Shown in pieces: positions 9,508 to 19,128 of a stretch of DNA of 43,002 nucleotides. The notes below the pieces were generated by a model that had not been told where the DNA came from, did no database searches, and was given only the letters and a program-made list of their open reading frames with translations. Source of the stretch: Candidatus Accumulibacter adiacens (GTDB taxonomy: Bacteria; Pseudomonadota; Gammaproteobacteria; Burkholderiales; Rhodocyclaceae); NCBI GenBank assembly GCA_000987445.1, contig LBIU01000016.1:1-43002 (forward strand). Reading direction: 5' to 3'. Each line of letters starts with the position of its first letter. The first letter of the stretch is position 1. Position numbers and translations under genes: made by a program.

Positions 9508-9823
9508 AGCTGTTTTCGCCTCGCCCTCGCTACGAGCGGGCAAGCGGCCCATACACGGCAGCCTGGCATCGGCACTCACGGCAACCGCGAGGAGTAACAC
9601 CAACCACCTTGCCAGGCGAAGCGACCAGCGCGGCAGACAGCCGGGGAAGGCGATTCACAGACGAGGATGAAGCTGAAGTGCGTACCGACGGCTTGCCGTG
9701 CCAGGCCAGAGTCGAAAACATACTTGTCTGACTTAACGAAAATTTCCCTGGCATTCTAGTGAACGCCTTCCTATACTACTCGGATAACAAAAAACCTTTG
9801 AATTTAACCAGAGGAGACATGTA

Positions 9824-10282
9824 ATGGAGATTGGTCTTTCCCCGTTTCTGCCAGAGGCTCTGTTGGTCGACTTGCCAGAAGTCGACGCCCAGCACGAAGA
9901 GGTTTTCACGCGCATCGAGTCGCTCAAGGCGGGCTGCTTTGAAAACGATTACGTAGATATCGCCGAGTTCCAAGGTTTGGTTGACTGCTTCGCGCAGCAT
10001 TTCGCCACTGAAGAGCGGCTGGCCGAGGAAGCCGGAGTGGAGTTCACGGCACACGCCAAGATCCACCGCGACTCCCTTGGGCTGCTCCACAAAGCGCTGA
10101 GCGATCTCCGCAACGGCGGAGACGACGCGCACTCCTTCCTGCGTTATGCCGAGTTCTGGTTCGAACGTCATATCAGGGAAGAGGACAAGCGGTTCGTCGC
10201 CACCCTGAAGCAATCGCGACACTTCGAGCTGCCAAGTAGCTACTGGGCAGCCGACGATCACTATTCTTCCGCCCGAGTCTGA
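9824..10282 (+). CDS. Single-domain bacteriohemerythrin-like protein
   Basis: Di-iron ligands H..HxxxE..HxxxH..HxxxxD (DAQH, HFATEE, HAKIH, HIREED); GAGGAG SD. Confidence 0.88.
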   Translation: MEIGLSPFLPEALLVDLPEVDAQHEEVFTRIESLKAGCFENDYVDIAEFQGLVDCFAQHFATEERLAEEAGVEFTAHAKIHRDSLGLLHKALSDLRNGGDDAHSFLRYAEFWFERHIREEDKRFVATLKQSRHFELPSSYWAADDHYSSARV

Positions 10283-10291
10283 TTTCATGGC

Positions 10292-10322
10292 GTCACTGCC
10301 GCCGCGAAGCGGCGGCAGTGAC
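10292..10322. terminator. Strong hairpin between convergent genes
   Basis: Perfect 14-bp stem gtcactgccgccgc-gaa-gcggcggcagtgac; no U-tract. Confidence 0.55.
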
Positions 10323-10384
10323 CTCTCGACGAGGCCCGCAGGCACAGCGATCGTCTGCTCGCGTCCAAGCTTACTCTAGCGACC

Positions 10385-11329
10385 TTAGCGCCCGAGGCTA
10401 ATCAGGCGCGGTCCTTGCCCTCCCTCCCAGGCCCACAGTTTTCCGTCTTCCGCCAACGCAAGCGTTGTTCCACTGCCGGCGGCGACGGTGGCGATATGCT
10501 CGGCAATCCTGGTCGGCTCGACCGCGAAACCGCTGCCCCATGCCCACAGCGAACCATCCTCGCGAATGGCCAGCGAATGCGATGCACCGGTGGCTATTCC
10601 CTTGGCACCCGTGAAGATGCGCCCCCAACTGGCCGCTTTGTCGCCCAGTCCATGCGTTGACAGCGGTCCATTGACGTTGCCACCCGTCCCGAACACTTCG
10701 CCGCTCTTGTCCAGATACAGCGCGTGACCGGCCTGCGCCTTGACGGCGACCACCTTTTCGGCCGTCTTGACAAAATCACTGCTGGACGCGAGGCGGCCAT
10801 CACCGTACTGACCACGATCGGCCAAGCCGCGCACGTAGAGCTCTCCGGCCAAGGTCACGTAGTAGTCTGCGCCGTCGCCGACGGCGGCCGCCTGCACTCT
10901 CTCGGCGATCTTGCGTGGCGGCTCGCGGGCGGCACCCGTTCCACGCCAGAGCGTCCAGGTACGATTGATCGCCAACCATCCCGAACTGCCGGCAGCAAAA
11001 CCCAGCACATCGCGCATCAACACCGCAGCGTTGGCTGGCGACTCCGACCAGGTCAAGAGGGTGCCATCCTTGCGCAGCGCATAATAGGTGTCCTTCCCTA
11101 CCCCGACCTGAACGACTTCAGCGACCATTGCCGTCGGCCGTTCCTTACCCGTCCAGCCGTAGGCAATGCCACCGCGAATCGCCATCTGCCGATCGTAATA
11201 GGAGGCCAACTGCACACCGGAGCTGTCAGCAAGGGCTGGCAAGCTCAAGCTCGCCATCAGGGCGAGCAGCGGCGCCATCAACGCACGCACGGAAAACTGC
11301 GTCAAGATCAAAAAGCTGCTCATGCTCAT
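10385..11329 (-). CDS. Secreted RCC1/BLIP-II-like beta-propeller repeat protein
   Basis: Repeats such as IATGASHSLAIREDGSLWAWG, VAAGSGTTLALAEDGKLWAW, VGVGKDTYYALRKDGTLLTW; signal peptide ending LPALA; GGAGG SD before ATG 11329. Confidence 0.8.
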   Translation of the reverse strand: MSMSSFLILTQFSVRALMAPLLALMASLSLPALADSSGVQLASYYDRQMAIRGGIAYGWTGKERPTAMVAEVVQVGVGKDTYYALRKDGTLLTWSESPANAAVLMRDVLGFAAGSSGWLAINRTWTLWRGTGAAREPPRKIAERVQAAAVGDGADYYVTLAGELYVRGLADRGQYGDGRLASSSDFVKTAEKVVAVKAQAGHALYLDKSGEVFGTGGNVNGPLSTHGLGDKAASWGRIFTGAKGIATGASHSLAIREDGSLWAWGSGFAVEPTRIAEHIATVAAGSGTTLALAEDGKLWAWEGGQGPRLISLGR

Positions 11330-11418
11330 CGCGTCCTCCATTTCTTGCCCGCTTATAGCCTGCTTCTTCTCGGCCTCGCTGTACCATCTCGCCGCAGATG
11401 CCGCGCGCCCCGGCCGCC

Positions 11419-12462
11419 CTAGACGCTCGCACACCACTGGCGAGCAGCACTTGCCGAATGTGGAAACGGGATGCGCTCCATCAGATAACAAAGGCAGTCC
11501 TGCCGCACGACACGCGCATCGAGCGTCAGCATGGCCGGTGTCGATGTTCGCCGCAGACTAATCGTGCCGTCGCTGCAGGCGAAATACGCCTCGCTGACGT
11601 CACGCCGGGCCTCGTCGCGGACGTCGAGCGGCGAGGCCACCCGAGTACGCCCGAACACCGTGCCGGGTTCCAATTGCCGAAAGTTCATGTGATCGAGCCG
11701 CGGATCGAAATCGACATCGGCGCGCGCATCGCCGAAACCGAAAGACACCGCGGCCGCCACCCGCACCGTCGCCACCGTGTGATAAAGATCAATGTCGTGC
11801 TCGTGCACGTCGTGCGACGGAAACTGCGCCAGATGCAGACAGCCATCGATAAAGCTCGCCGCGTGCGCCTCGTTCGCCGCTCTGCCGGGCTTGCCACATT
11901 CCAGGGTCAGTGATGGGCAAAACGGGGAAAAAGCCGTCGTTTGCGAGCCGGCCAAGCCACGGAACCAGACCACCGTACGCGAAAATAACAAGGCCAGATG
12001 CAGCACTGCCTGATCGAGGCTATTCACCACGCAGTAGAGCGGATTGAGGCCGGTATTGTTATGGACATCGACGCTGGCGAAGACGCCGCGCTCGCGCATG
12101 ATGCGATGCGCCTCGCTCATCGCGGCGTGCTCCGGAGCGGCAGCATGCAAATCGGTCCCCGGCCAGACGCGGTTGTAATCAGGTTGCTGATCAAGCCGAC
12201 GCAGGCCTTCTCGCGCTGCGGCGACATTGCCGACCAGGATCGACAGCGCCCGCGGCAGTTGTCGACCGGCGTGGGCGCGCAAGACGCTCTGCAGCGCGAC
12301 GACACCGCTATCTTCGTTGCCGTGCAGCAGTACCGACACGAATAGCGGCGCCTCGCGTCGTCCGGGCAGATGGATCAAGGTCGGACCGCGCAGGAGACGA
12401 TGCAGTTCACGGGCCGGTGTTTCGAGGAAACCGTCGGGCAGGGATTCGAGGACAGTCAGCAT
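11419..12462 (-). CDS. M14-type zinc metallopeptidase (succinylglutamate desuccinylase/aspartoacylase-like)
   Basis: LHGNE, DYNR, DVHNNTG, TLECG motifs. Confidence 0.85.
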   Translation of the reverse strand: MLTVLESLPDGFLETPARELHRLLRGPTLIHLPGRREAPLFVSVLLHGNEDSGVVALQSVLRAHAGRQLPRALSILVGNVAAAREGLRRLDQQPDYNRVWPGTDLHAAAPEHAAMSEAHRIMRERGVFASVDVHNNTGLNPLYCVVNSLDQAVLHLALLFSRTVVWFRGLAGSQTTAFSPFCPSLTLECGKPGRAANEAHAASFIDGCLHLAQFPSHDVHEHDIDLYHTVATVRVAAAVSFGFGDARADVDFDPRLDHMNFRQLEPGTVFGRTRVASPLDVRDEARRDVSEAYFACSDGTISLRRTSTPAMLTLDARVVRQDCLCYLMERIPFPHSASAARQWCASV

Positions 12463-12472
12463 GAAGTGGGAC

Positions 12473-13894
12473 TCATATCGGCCACTCGTGCACCGGCACG
12501 AGACGGCGTTGATGCTCAAGATAGTCGGCGGTTAGCCGGAAGAAATCCTGGTACTTCGCATAATGGGCAAGTTGCCAGGCGGCGCCGTTTTGGCGGCTGC
12601 GCAGGCGCGCACTGATGACGTCGAGGTAGCGCGTGATGTCGGCCGCGGCAAGGCCAAGCTCGGCCAGCCCTTCGCGAGCCAGCGGCAGCAGTTCGTGCAA
12701 GAGAAGTTCGGCCACATTTTCACGCCGCCCGTCGAGCCAGACCACCTGCGCCTCGAGACCGTAACGTGCGGCACGGTAGAAATTGTCGCGCGCAACGGCA
12801 AACGGTAGCCTGGCCTCAGGGGCATCGGCCTGTCTCGCCAAACAGCGTACCGTGCCGTAGTACAAGGCGGCATTGGCGATCATGTCGATCAGGCTCGGAC
12901 CCGCGGGCATGACGCGCTGCTCGACGCGCAAGTGCGGCACTGCGTCCTGCTCGAAGCCGATCAGCAGCCGATTCCAGCGCCAGATGGTCCCGTTGTGCAG
13001 ACGCAGATGGGCATAGGCGTCCACCGGCCCCGCCTCTTCATACGGCAGAAGTACCGGATACGATGACAGGTTTTCAGCAAAACACGCGGTCGGGTCGTTG
13101 CCGAGATACGCCGAACCGAAAGTCACCCGCCGATGCTCGGGATGGCCCGGTTGGCAGCAATCGACCGCCTGCTCGAACAAGGGTATTCGCGTTTCGTGCC
13201 ACAGCGCTCGCCCGAACAGGAATGGCGAATTGGCGGCCATCGCGACCAAGGGAGCCGCGAGAAGCTGTGACGCATTGTAGGTGCGCGCGGCCTCGCTGGC
13301 CGGCGTCTGCAGATGCACCTGAAAGGACGTGGTTGCTGCCTCGAGCATCACATCGGAGTGGGTTGCGGTGAGCGTTTCGATGCCGGCAATGTCCAGCGTC
13401 AGCGGCCGCCCACCGCGCAGCCGCAGGACCTGCTCGTTGAGAGCCGCGTAGCGCTTGAAAGGCGACATGCTGCTCAACGACAGATCCCGCTCGCGCAAGG
13501 TCGGCAGGGTGCCGATGGCGATCAGTGCCGCCCCCTCTTCAGCGGCCACTTCTTGGCATCGCTGCCAGGTTGCGGTCAGCTCGCGTTCAAGCTGTGACAG
13601 CGCAGTGGCCCGCAAGGCCTGCGGCGTCCCATTTATCTCGACATTGAACAACGAAAGCTCGGGAACCACCAGCGGGCTGGCCATACGCTGCAAAAAAGAG
13701 ACGTTGCGCGGTACCGGAAAGAAATGCTCATCGATCAGCCAGGCTTCAAGTTCGAAACCGGCAACCAGTCCAGCGCTGGCGAATCCTCCGGCCATATACG
13801 AAGCGTGGGCATGCGCGGTCTCATGTTCGAGGCGCCGCCCGAAGCGCGCGAAGTCGTCGCCAGTGAAGCCGTCGCTGCCAATCTCTTTCCCCAT
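12473..13894 (-). CDS. Glutamate-cysteine ligase family 2 (GCS2)-type carboxylate-amine ligase
   Basis: GFELE, PEL..NVEIN, TSFQVHLQ, ANSPF, ETRIPLFEQ, HNGTIWRWNR, LRVEQR. Confidence 0.85.
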   Translation of the reverse strand: MGKEIGSDGFTGDDFARFGRRLEHETAHAHASYMAGGFASAGLVAGFELEAWLIDEHFFPVPRNVSFLQRMASPLVVPELSLFNVEINGTPQALRATALSQLERELTATWQRCQEVAAEEGAALIAIGTLPTLRERDLSLSSMSPFKRYAALNEQVLRLRGGRPLTLDIAGIETLTATHSDVMLEAATTSFQVHLQTPASEAARTYNASQLLAAPLVAMAANSPFLFGRALWHETRIPLFEQAVDCCQPGHPEHRRVTFGSAYLGNDPTACFAENLSSYPVLLPYEEAGPVDAYAHLRLHNGTIWRWNRLLIGFEQDAVPHLRVEQRVMPAGPSLIDMIANAALYYGTVRCLARQADAPEARLPFAVARDNFYRAARYGLEAQVVWLDGRRENVAELLLHELLPLAREGLAELGLAAADITRYLDVISARLRSRQNGAAWQLAHYAKYQDFFRLTADYLEHQRRLVPVHEWPI

Positions 13895-14655
13895 CGCCCC
13901 CCCTCGAAGTATGCGACACCAGCCTCCATTTGACAGCGGAGTGTAGGCGCAGGCTCTTAAGATCGCTTGCGGTAGATCAAGTTCTTGTCACAGCGAGGCC
14001 GTAACGCCGCCTGCTCGTTACGCTATCGCCACCCGCATGGTGCGACCGACGGCCACTGGCGCGCACACCGACACCACGAGAGGCAGGGCTCAACAGCGTT
14101 AAACAGAACGATTCTCATGACCGCAGCTTAACAAAGCGCCCGCGCCACAGGCAAGCAAGAAACGGTGGAACTGGCAGTGCGCGTTAGAGCAGCGAGTGGG
14201 GTGCGTCACGCGATGGCAAGCCTGTCGGCCACGCAGCCGTGGCGGTGGGGTGGCCTTTACAGCTCGTTAACCCTCGTCACCCTACGGCCGGGCTTCGGGC
14301 GCCGGAACTTCGCCGCCAGCCAGACCGGACCAGAAGCGGATTTCGCGCTGCCCGGGCAGCGCGACCATCTCGTCGGCGGCCCGATGAAGCACCGCGCCGA
14401 GTTAAAGTTCTTGCAGCCTACCAGGATCGCGCGCCTCGGCTCGCGCCAGCGACAGAAAGGCCTGTGCCATGACCCCGATGAGAACGATTCTGCCGACCAC
14501 GCGCAGCCACTTGCGCCTGAGCGGCACACCGACCGTAAGGAAAATGACACCTGAAGCGCAGTGCTTCGCGGTATATTGCTCACTCTGATACACCCCCTGC
14601 ATGCGACGCCGCACACGCCCGTAGCCCATTCCAGTAGTCACTCTTGCGAAAGCTC

Positions 14656-15480
14656 ATGATGTCCGCTGCCCACCCCGAAGACTCCGCAATCCTGCTCGCC
14701 GACCCGTGCCCTGCCCCTTTTACCAGTGAACTCGTCGAAGACCATTTCGGACGCTCGCTGGTGTTGAGCGTCGGTAACGCGCGGCAGGTCTTTCGCTGGA
14801 TCGAAGCGGGAGAATTCCTGATGGGGTCGGCGGCCGACGAGGCCGAGCGTGGACACTCGGAAAAGCTTCACGAAGTAAGGCTCAGTCGTGGCTTCTGGCT
14901 CGCCGACACGGCCTGCACGCAAGCCTTCTGGCTGGCTGTGTGGCCGGTCAACCCGAGCCGCTTTCAGGAGCACGCCGACAATCCGGTCGAGAACGTCAGC
15001 TGGCACGATGCGCAAGGTTTCATCGCCGAGCTCAACCGGCGCCTGCCCGCGTTGCAGGCGCGCCTGCCAAACGAAGCGGAATGGGAATACGCCTGCCGCG
15101 CGGGCACCACGACGCCCTTCGCTTTCGGCCAGCAGATAACCCCTGCACAGGTCAATTACCACGGCGGCTACCCCTACGGCGACGGCCGACAAGGGCCCTA
15201 TCGCGAGCAAACGGTTCCCGCCGCTTCTCTGCCGGCAAACCCATGGGGACTGTTCGAGATGCATGGCAACGTATGGGAATGGTGTGCCGATTGGTACGCC
15301 GAATACCCGGACGAGCGGCAGGTCGACCCGATCGGCGCAAAATACGGCAAACAACGGGTACTGCGTGGAGGCACCTGGAGCGACCCCGGTCGCTACGCGC
15401 GTTCGGCCAACCGTAGTCGCATCGAACCTGCCTACCGGCCGCGCAGCAGCGGTTTCAGAATCGCTCTGGCGCATCCCTGA
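14656..15480 (+). CDS. FGE-sulfatase (SUMF1-like, CLec-fold) domain protein
   Basis: FLMGS, NPVENVSW, RLPNEAEWEYACRAG, NPWGLFEMHGNVWEWC, RVLRGG.W, GFR. Confidence 0.9.
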   Translation: MMSAAHPEDSAILLADPCPAPFTSELVEDHFGRSLVLSVGNARQVFRWIEAGEFLMGSAADEAERGHSEKLHEVRLSRGFWLADTACTQAFWLAVWPVNPSRFQEHADNPVENVSWHDAQGFIAELNRRLPALQARLPNEAEWEYACRAGTTTPFAFGQQITPAQVNYHGGYPYGDGRQGPYREQTVPAASLPANPWGLFEMHGNVWEWCADWYAEYPDERQVDPIGAKYGKQRVLRGGTWSDPGRYARSANRSRIEPAYRPRSSGFRIALAHP

Positions 15481-15547
15481 GTAGCGTTTTCGACACTCGG
15501 CAGGCCGGCCGGCGCTGCCAGATGGCCCTAACGAAGGGGGTGACCCG

Positions 15548-16078
15548 TCAGCCGCTACTGTCGTAGAGGTTGCGCCGCTGTTGTTCGCCCTCGGCGCCTG
15601 CCTCCGCGAGCAAACGGTGTTCGAGGCTCTCGATCAAGCCATCAGCAGCATCCTCGACCATGTCCAGGACCAGATCGAAGCCGTGGCCAAGACCATAGTA
15701 GGGATCCGGCACTTCGTCGTCATCGAAGTTCTTGGAATAGCTCATGAACAGCCCCAGGCGATCGTGCTTTTCAGGCGGGCAGATACGCTGCAGAACCGAG
15801 AGGTTATTATGATCCATGGCTAGAATCAGATCGAAGTAGTCGAGATCCTGGGCCGCCACCTTGCGCGCACGCATGTCGGATAGATCGTAGTTGCGACAGG
15901 CAGCCGCCCGCTGTGTGCGTTGATCCGGCGCCTCGCCGACGTGATAACCATGCGTTCCGGCCGAATCCACCTCGACTCTGCCGTCCAGCTCCTTGCGCCG
16001 CAGCATCTGCCGAACGACGCCCTCGGCCGTGGGCGAGCGGCAGATATTCCCCATGCAAACAAATAGAACCTTGATCAC
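15548..16078 (-). CDS. Low-molecular-weight protein-tyrosine phosphatase
   Basis: VLFVCMGNICRS (CX5R), DSAGT, DPYYG; GTG start at 16078. Confidence 0.93.
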   Translation of the reverse strand: MIKVLFVCMGNICRSPTAEGVVRQMLRRKELDGRVEVDSAGTHGYHVGEAPDQRTQRAAACRNYDLSDMRARKVAAQDLDYFDLILAMDHNNLSVLQRICPPEKHDRLGLFMSYSKNFDDDEVPDPYYGLGHGFDLVLDMVEDAADGLIESLEHRLLAEAGAEGEQQRRNLYDSSG

Positions 16079-16457
16079 CTTGCATCTTCCAGATACGTTC
16101 GTTTCTCGGCCATGTTCGAGCCCCCACACAGGGCGCCAAAAAGGCCTCTCAGGCCAACTCGCCCCACCACCCTGCCAGCGCATCGGCATTCGCCTGGGCA
16201 AACCCAAAAAGCGCGCAGGCGTCGCCTTGACGCCGCGCGCAACCGGCTGACGCTCGCCATGCACCCAGCACCCCACGAGCCCCATCATCCGTCGAAAAGC
16301 CGGTCAGCGCAACCAGAGCGCGGCGATTGTACGGATTTAGCGACAAAAAGTCGCAACCCCCCAGCACGCTGGGTCGTGCCCGGCGAAGGGCCAAGGCGCA
16401 GGTGCTGGCAGACGGCAATTCACCGAGCTAGCAGCGCTTGCCCGCGCCGAGCAGCGC

Positions 16458-17915
16458 TCAGCGAGCGACGGGTCGCCTCTTCGGCTTGCCGACGGCCGCT
16501 TCCTTGCGCGTCGCCCCGGCCCTGGCCGGACTTCGCGCGCCGGCGTTGGGCTTGGCGGCAGTCTGGCGCTGCCGGCGCCCGTCGTCGGGTGCTTTCTTGT
16601 CCGCGAACGGGTTGCTGGAGACGTTGAACTGAATGCGCAACGGCGTCCCCTGCAACTTGAACACCTCGCGAAAGAGATGCTCGAGATAGCGGCGATAGGA
16701 TTCCGGCAGCTTGTCGAGGGCATTGCCGTGGATCACGATCAGCGGCGGATTGCGGCCACCCTGATGCGCGTAGCGCAGCTTCGGTCGGAACAGTCCGTTA
16801 CGCGGCGGCGCTTGCCGGGCCACCGCGCCGATCAGCGCCCGCGTCAATTGCGGCGTCGGCAGATCGGCGGTGGCTGCCTTGTAGGCCGCATTCACCGAGC
16901 GGAAAAGCGCTTCCAGCCCCTGCCCCTGCAAGGCCGAAACGTAATGAAAACGGGCGAAATCAATGAACGCCAACTGGCTTTCCAGAGACCCCTTGATCTG
17001 TTCGCGAACGTAGGAGTCCAGCCCGTCCCACTTGTTCACGGCAACCACCAGCGCACGCCCCGATTCGCGGATGAAAGCGGCAATGTGGGCATCCTGATCG
17101 CCGATCTCCTGGCGCGCGTCGACCACCAGAACCACCACCTCGGCATCCTCGATCGCTTGCAACGTCTTGATCACCGAAAACTTCTCGATGGTCTCGAAAA
17201 CCTTGCCGCGTCGGCGCAGGCCGGCCGTGTCAACCAAGGTGTACTTCCTGCCGGCACGTTCGAAATCAACCTGTATGGCATCACGCGTGGTTCCCGGCTG
17301 GTCGAAGGCGATGACTCGGTCTTCGCCAAGCAGCGCGTTGATCATCGTGCTCTTGCCAACGTTCGGGCGGCCGACGATGGCTACCCGCATGATGTCACTT
17401 TCAGCGTCCTCGTCCGCTGGCTCGGGAAAAGGTTCCAGCGCCAGGTCGACCAGCGCCCGCACCCCCTCGCCGTGTGTCGCCGAGATGGCGACCGGCTCGC
17501 CAAGGCCAAGCTCATGGAAGTCGGCGAGCACCACACCGTGCTGCATTCCTTCGGACTTGTTGACCGCCACAAGAACCGCACGACCAGACTGGCGTAGCCG
17601 CCGGGAGATTTCCTTGTCCAGCGGAGTGATGCCGGTGCGCGCGTCGACGACCAGAATCACGACATCGGCTTCATCGATCGCCTGCTCGGTCTGGCGCGCC
17701 ATCTGCCGCATGATACCGTCCTTGGCGAGCGGTTCGAAGCCGCCGGTATCGATAACCAGATAGGGTTTGCTGCCCAGTCTTCCGTGACCGTAGTGGCGGT
17801 CTCTGGTTAGGCCCGGGATATCGGCAACCAGCGCGTCACGCGTTCTGGTCAGCCGGTTGAAAAGCGTAGACTTGCCGACATTCGGGCGCCCGACGAGGAC
17901 CATGCTCGGTTTCAT
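16458..17915 (-). CDS. der: Ribosome biogenesis GTPase Der (EngA)
   Basis: Two GRPNVGKS G-domains, DTGG/DTAG, KLRYAHQ. Confidence 0.98.
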   Translation of the reverse strand: MKPSMVLVGRPNVGKSTLFNRLTRTRDALVADIPGLTRDRHYGHGRLGSKPYLVIDTGGFEPLAKDGIMRQMARQTEQAIDEADVVILVVDARTGITPLDKEISRRLRQSGRAVLVAVNKSEGMQHGVVLADFHELGLGEPVAISATHGEGVRALVDLALEPFPEPADEDAESDIMRVAIVGRPNVGKSTMINALLGEDRVIAFDQPGTTRDAIQVDFERAGRKYTLVDTAGLRRRGKVFETIEKFSVIKTLQAIEDAEVVVLVVDARQEIGDQDAHIAAFIRESGRALVVAVNKWDGLDSYVREQIKGSLESQLAFIDFARFHYVSALQGQGLEALFRSVNAAYKAATADLPTPQLTRALIGAVARQAPPRNGLFRPKLRYAHQGGRNPPLIVIHGNALDKLPESYRRYLEHLFREVFKLQGTPLRIQFNVSSNPFADKKAPDDGRRQRQTAAKPNAGARSPARAGATRKEAAVGKPKRRPVAR

Positions 17916-17976
17916 CGGCGCAAGCCGTCATCTGCAAGCGCAGGTGGCAACGCAGGCACAGCCGACCGTCTCGCGA

Positions 17977-19128
17977 TCATTGCACGCCGATCGCGTAGAC
18001 GCCGCCGCCACTTGTCTGCACCAGCAGCTCGTTGGCGAGTTTTTGCAAGGGGGCCCGCACCGGGCTGCCATCGGTACTCAAACGCGCGGCGAAAGAACCA
18101 TCGTCGCGACTGAGCAGGTGCACCACGCCCTGTACGTCAGCAACAGCCACCAGACCGTCGCTGGCCAGCGGCGCGGTCAACTGGCGCAGGAAGAGCTGGT
18201 CCTGCTTCCAGATGCTCGAGCCGGTCGCTTTGTCGAGGGCGTGCACGGCACCCTGGTCATCGGAGACGTACACGTAGCGACTATCGACCGACAAGCCCGA
18301 CGAGCTCGAAATGTCGCGCCCCCACATCAGGTTCCCGGTGCCAAGGTCGAAACAGGAAATGCGCCCCTGAAAAGCGACCGCGCAGATCATTCTTCCATCG
18401 ATGACCGGCAGGCTGCTGATGTCGGCGATGCGGTCGAGTTCGGTCGCGCCTTTTGGCAGGGCAACCGTCCCCTCCCACAGCGGCGCACCATTGTCGGCGT
18501 TGACGGCAATCAGTTTGCCACCGGGAAAACCGACGAAGACATACTTCTCGACCACCACGGGAGCAGCCATCACGCGTACTGAAAGCGGTGGCGTCGGGCG
18601 CTGGTAGATCCACTTGCGGCTTCCGTCGGCCGCGGCGTAGGCAGCCAGGCGATGATCGCCACTGCGTACGATCACCAGCCCGCCGGCGACCGCTGGCGGC
18701 GCCAATACCTCGCTGCTGGCCTTGGCCGTCCACAGCAGTTTGCCATCGGCGGTGTCAAAGGCCAGAAGCTCACCCTTGGCGGTGCCCACCGCAAGCAGCC
18801 GCTGATCCGCGCCGACACCACCCGAGAGCGGCTTCTCGGCCTTGATCCGCCACACGGGCCGGCCATCGTCGAAGCGTACGATCGTGCCGTCGCGAGCGGC
18901 CGCGTAGACGGTGGATCCGACCACCGCCGGAACGAAGGAATACGGCGCGCCCTTGCCGACATCTTCCTGCCAGACCACACGCGCCTGAGCGGTCGCCTCG
19001 ATAGGCTGCAATTCGGCCATTTTCGGCCCGCTACTGGCAAACGGATTAAGCGCGTCGAAGCTCGAACAGCCGGCCAGGAAGAATGGTATCAGCGCCGGCA
19101 GCACTGCCGCGACAAGGATAGGCCTCAT
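17977..19128 (-). CDS. bamB: Outer membrane protein assembly factor BamB
   Basis: Lipobox LAGC, PQQ-like repeats, GATELDRIAD; synteny. Confidence 0.95.
   Translation of the reverse strand: MRPILVAAVLPALIPFFLAGCSSFDALNPFASSGPKMAELQPIEATAQARVVWQEDVGKGAPYSFVPAVVGSTVYAAARDGTIVRFDDGRPVWRIKAEKPLSGGVGADQRLLAVGTAKGELLAFDTADGKLLWTAKASSEVLAPPAVAGGLVIVRSGDHRLAAYAAADGSRKWIYQRPTPPLSVRVMAAPVVVEKYVFVGFPGGKLIAVNADNGAPLWEGTVALPKGATELDRIADISSLPVIDGRMICAVAFQGRISCFDLGTGNLMWGRDISSSSGLSVDSRYVYVSDDQGAVHALDKATGSSIWKQDQLFLRQLTAPLASDGLVAVADVQGVVHLLSRDDGSFAARLSTDGSPVRAPLQKLANELLVQTSGGGVYAIGVQ

Noticed and set aside
12473-13894. Link of the GCS2 ligase to putrescine gamma-glutamylation with potFGHI
   Set aside because: 25 kb apart, and PuuA belongs to the glutamine synthetase family rather than GCS2
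14165-14554. 129-aa ORF upstream of the FGE gene
   Set aside because: No motif, no clear SD, composition typical of a spurious ORF; also no AAC-rich DGR template repeat visible here
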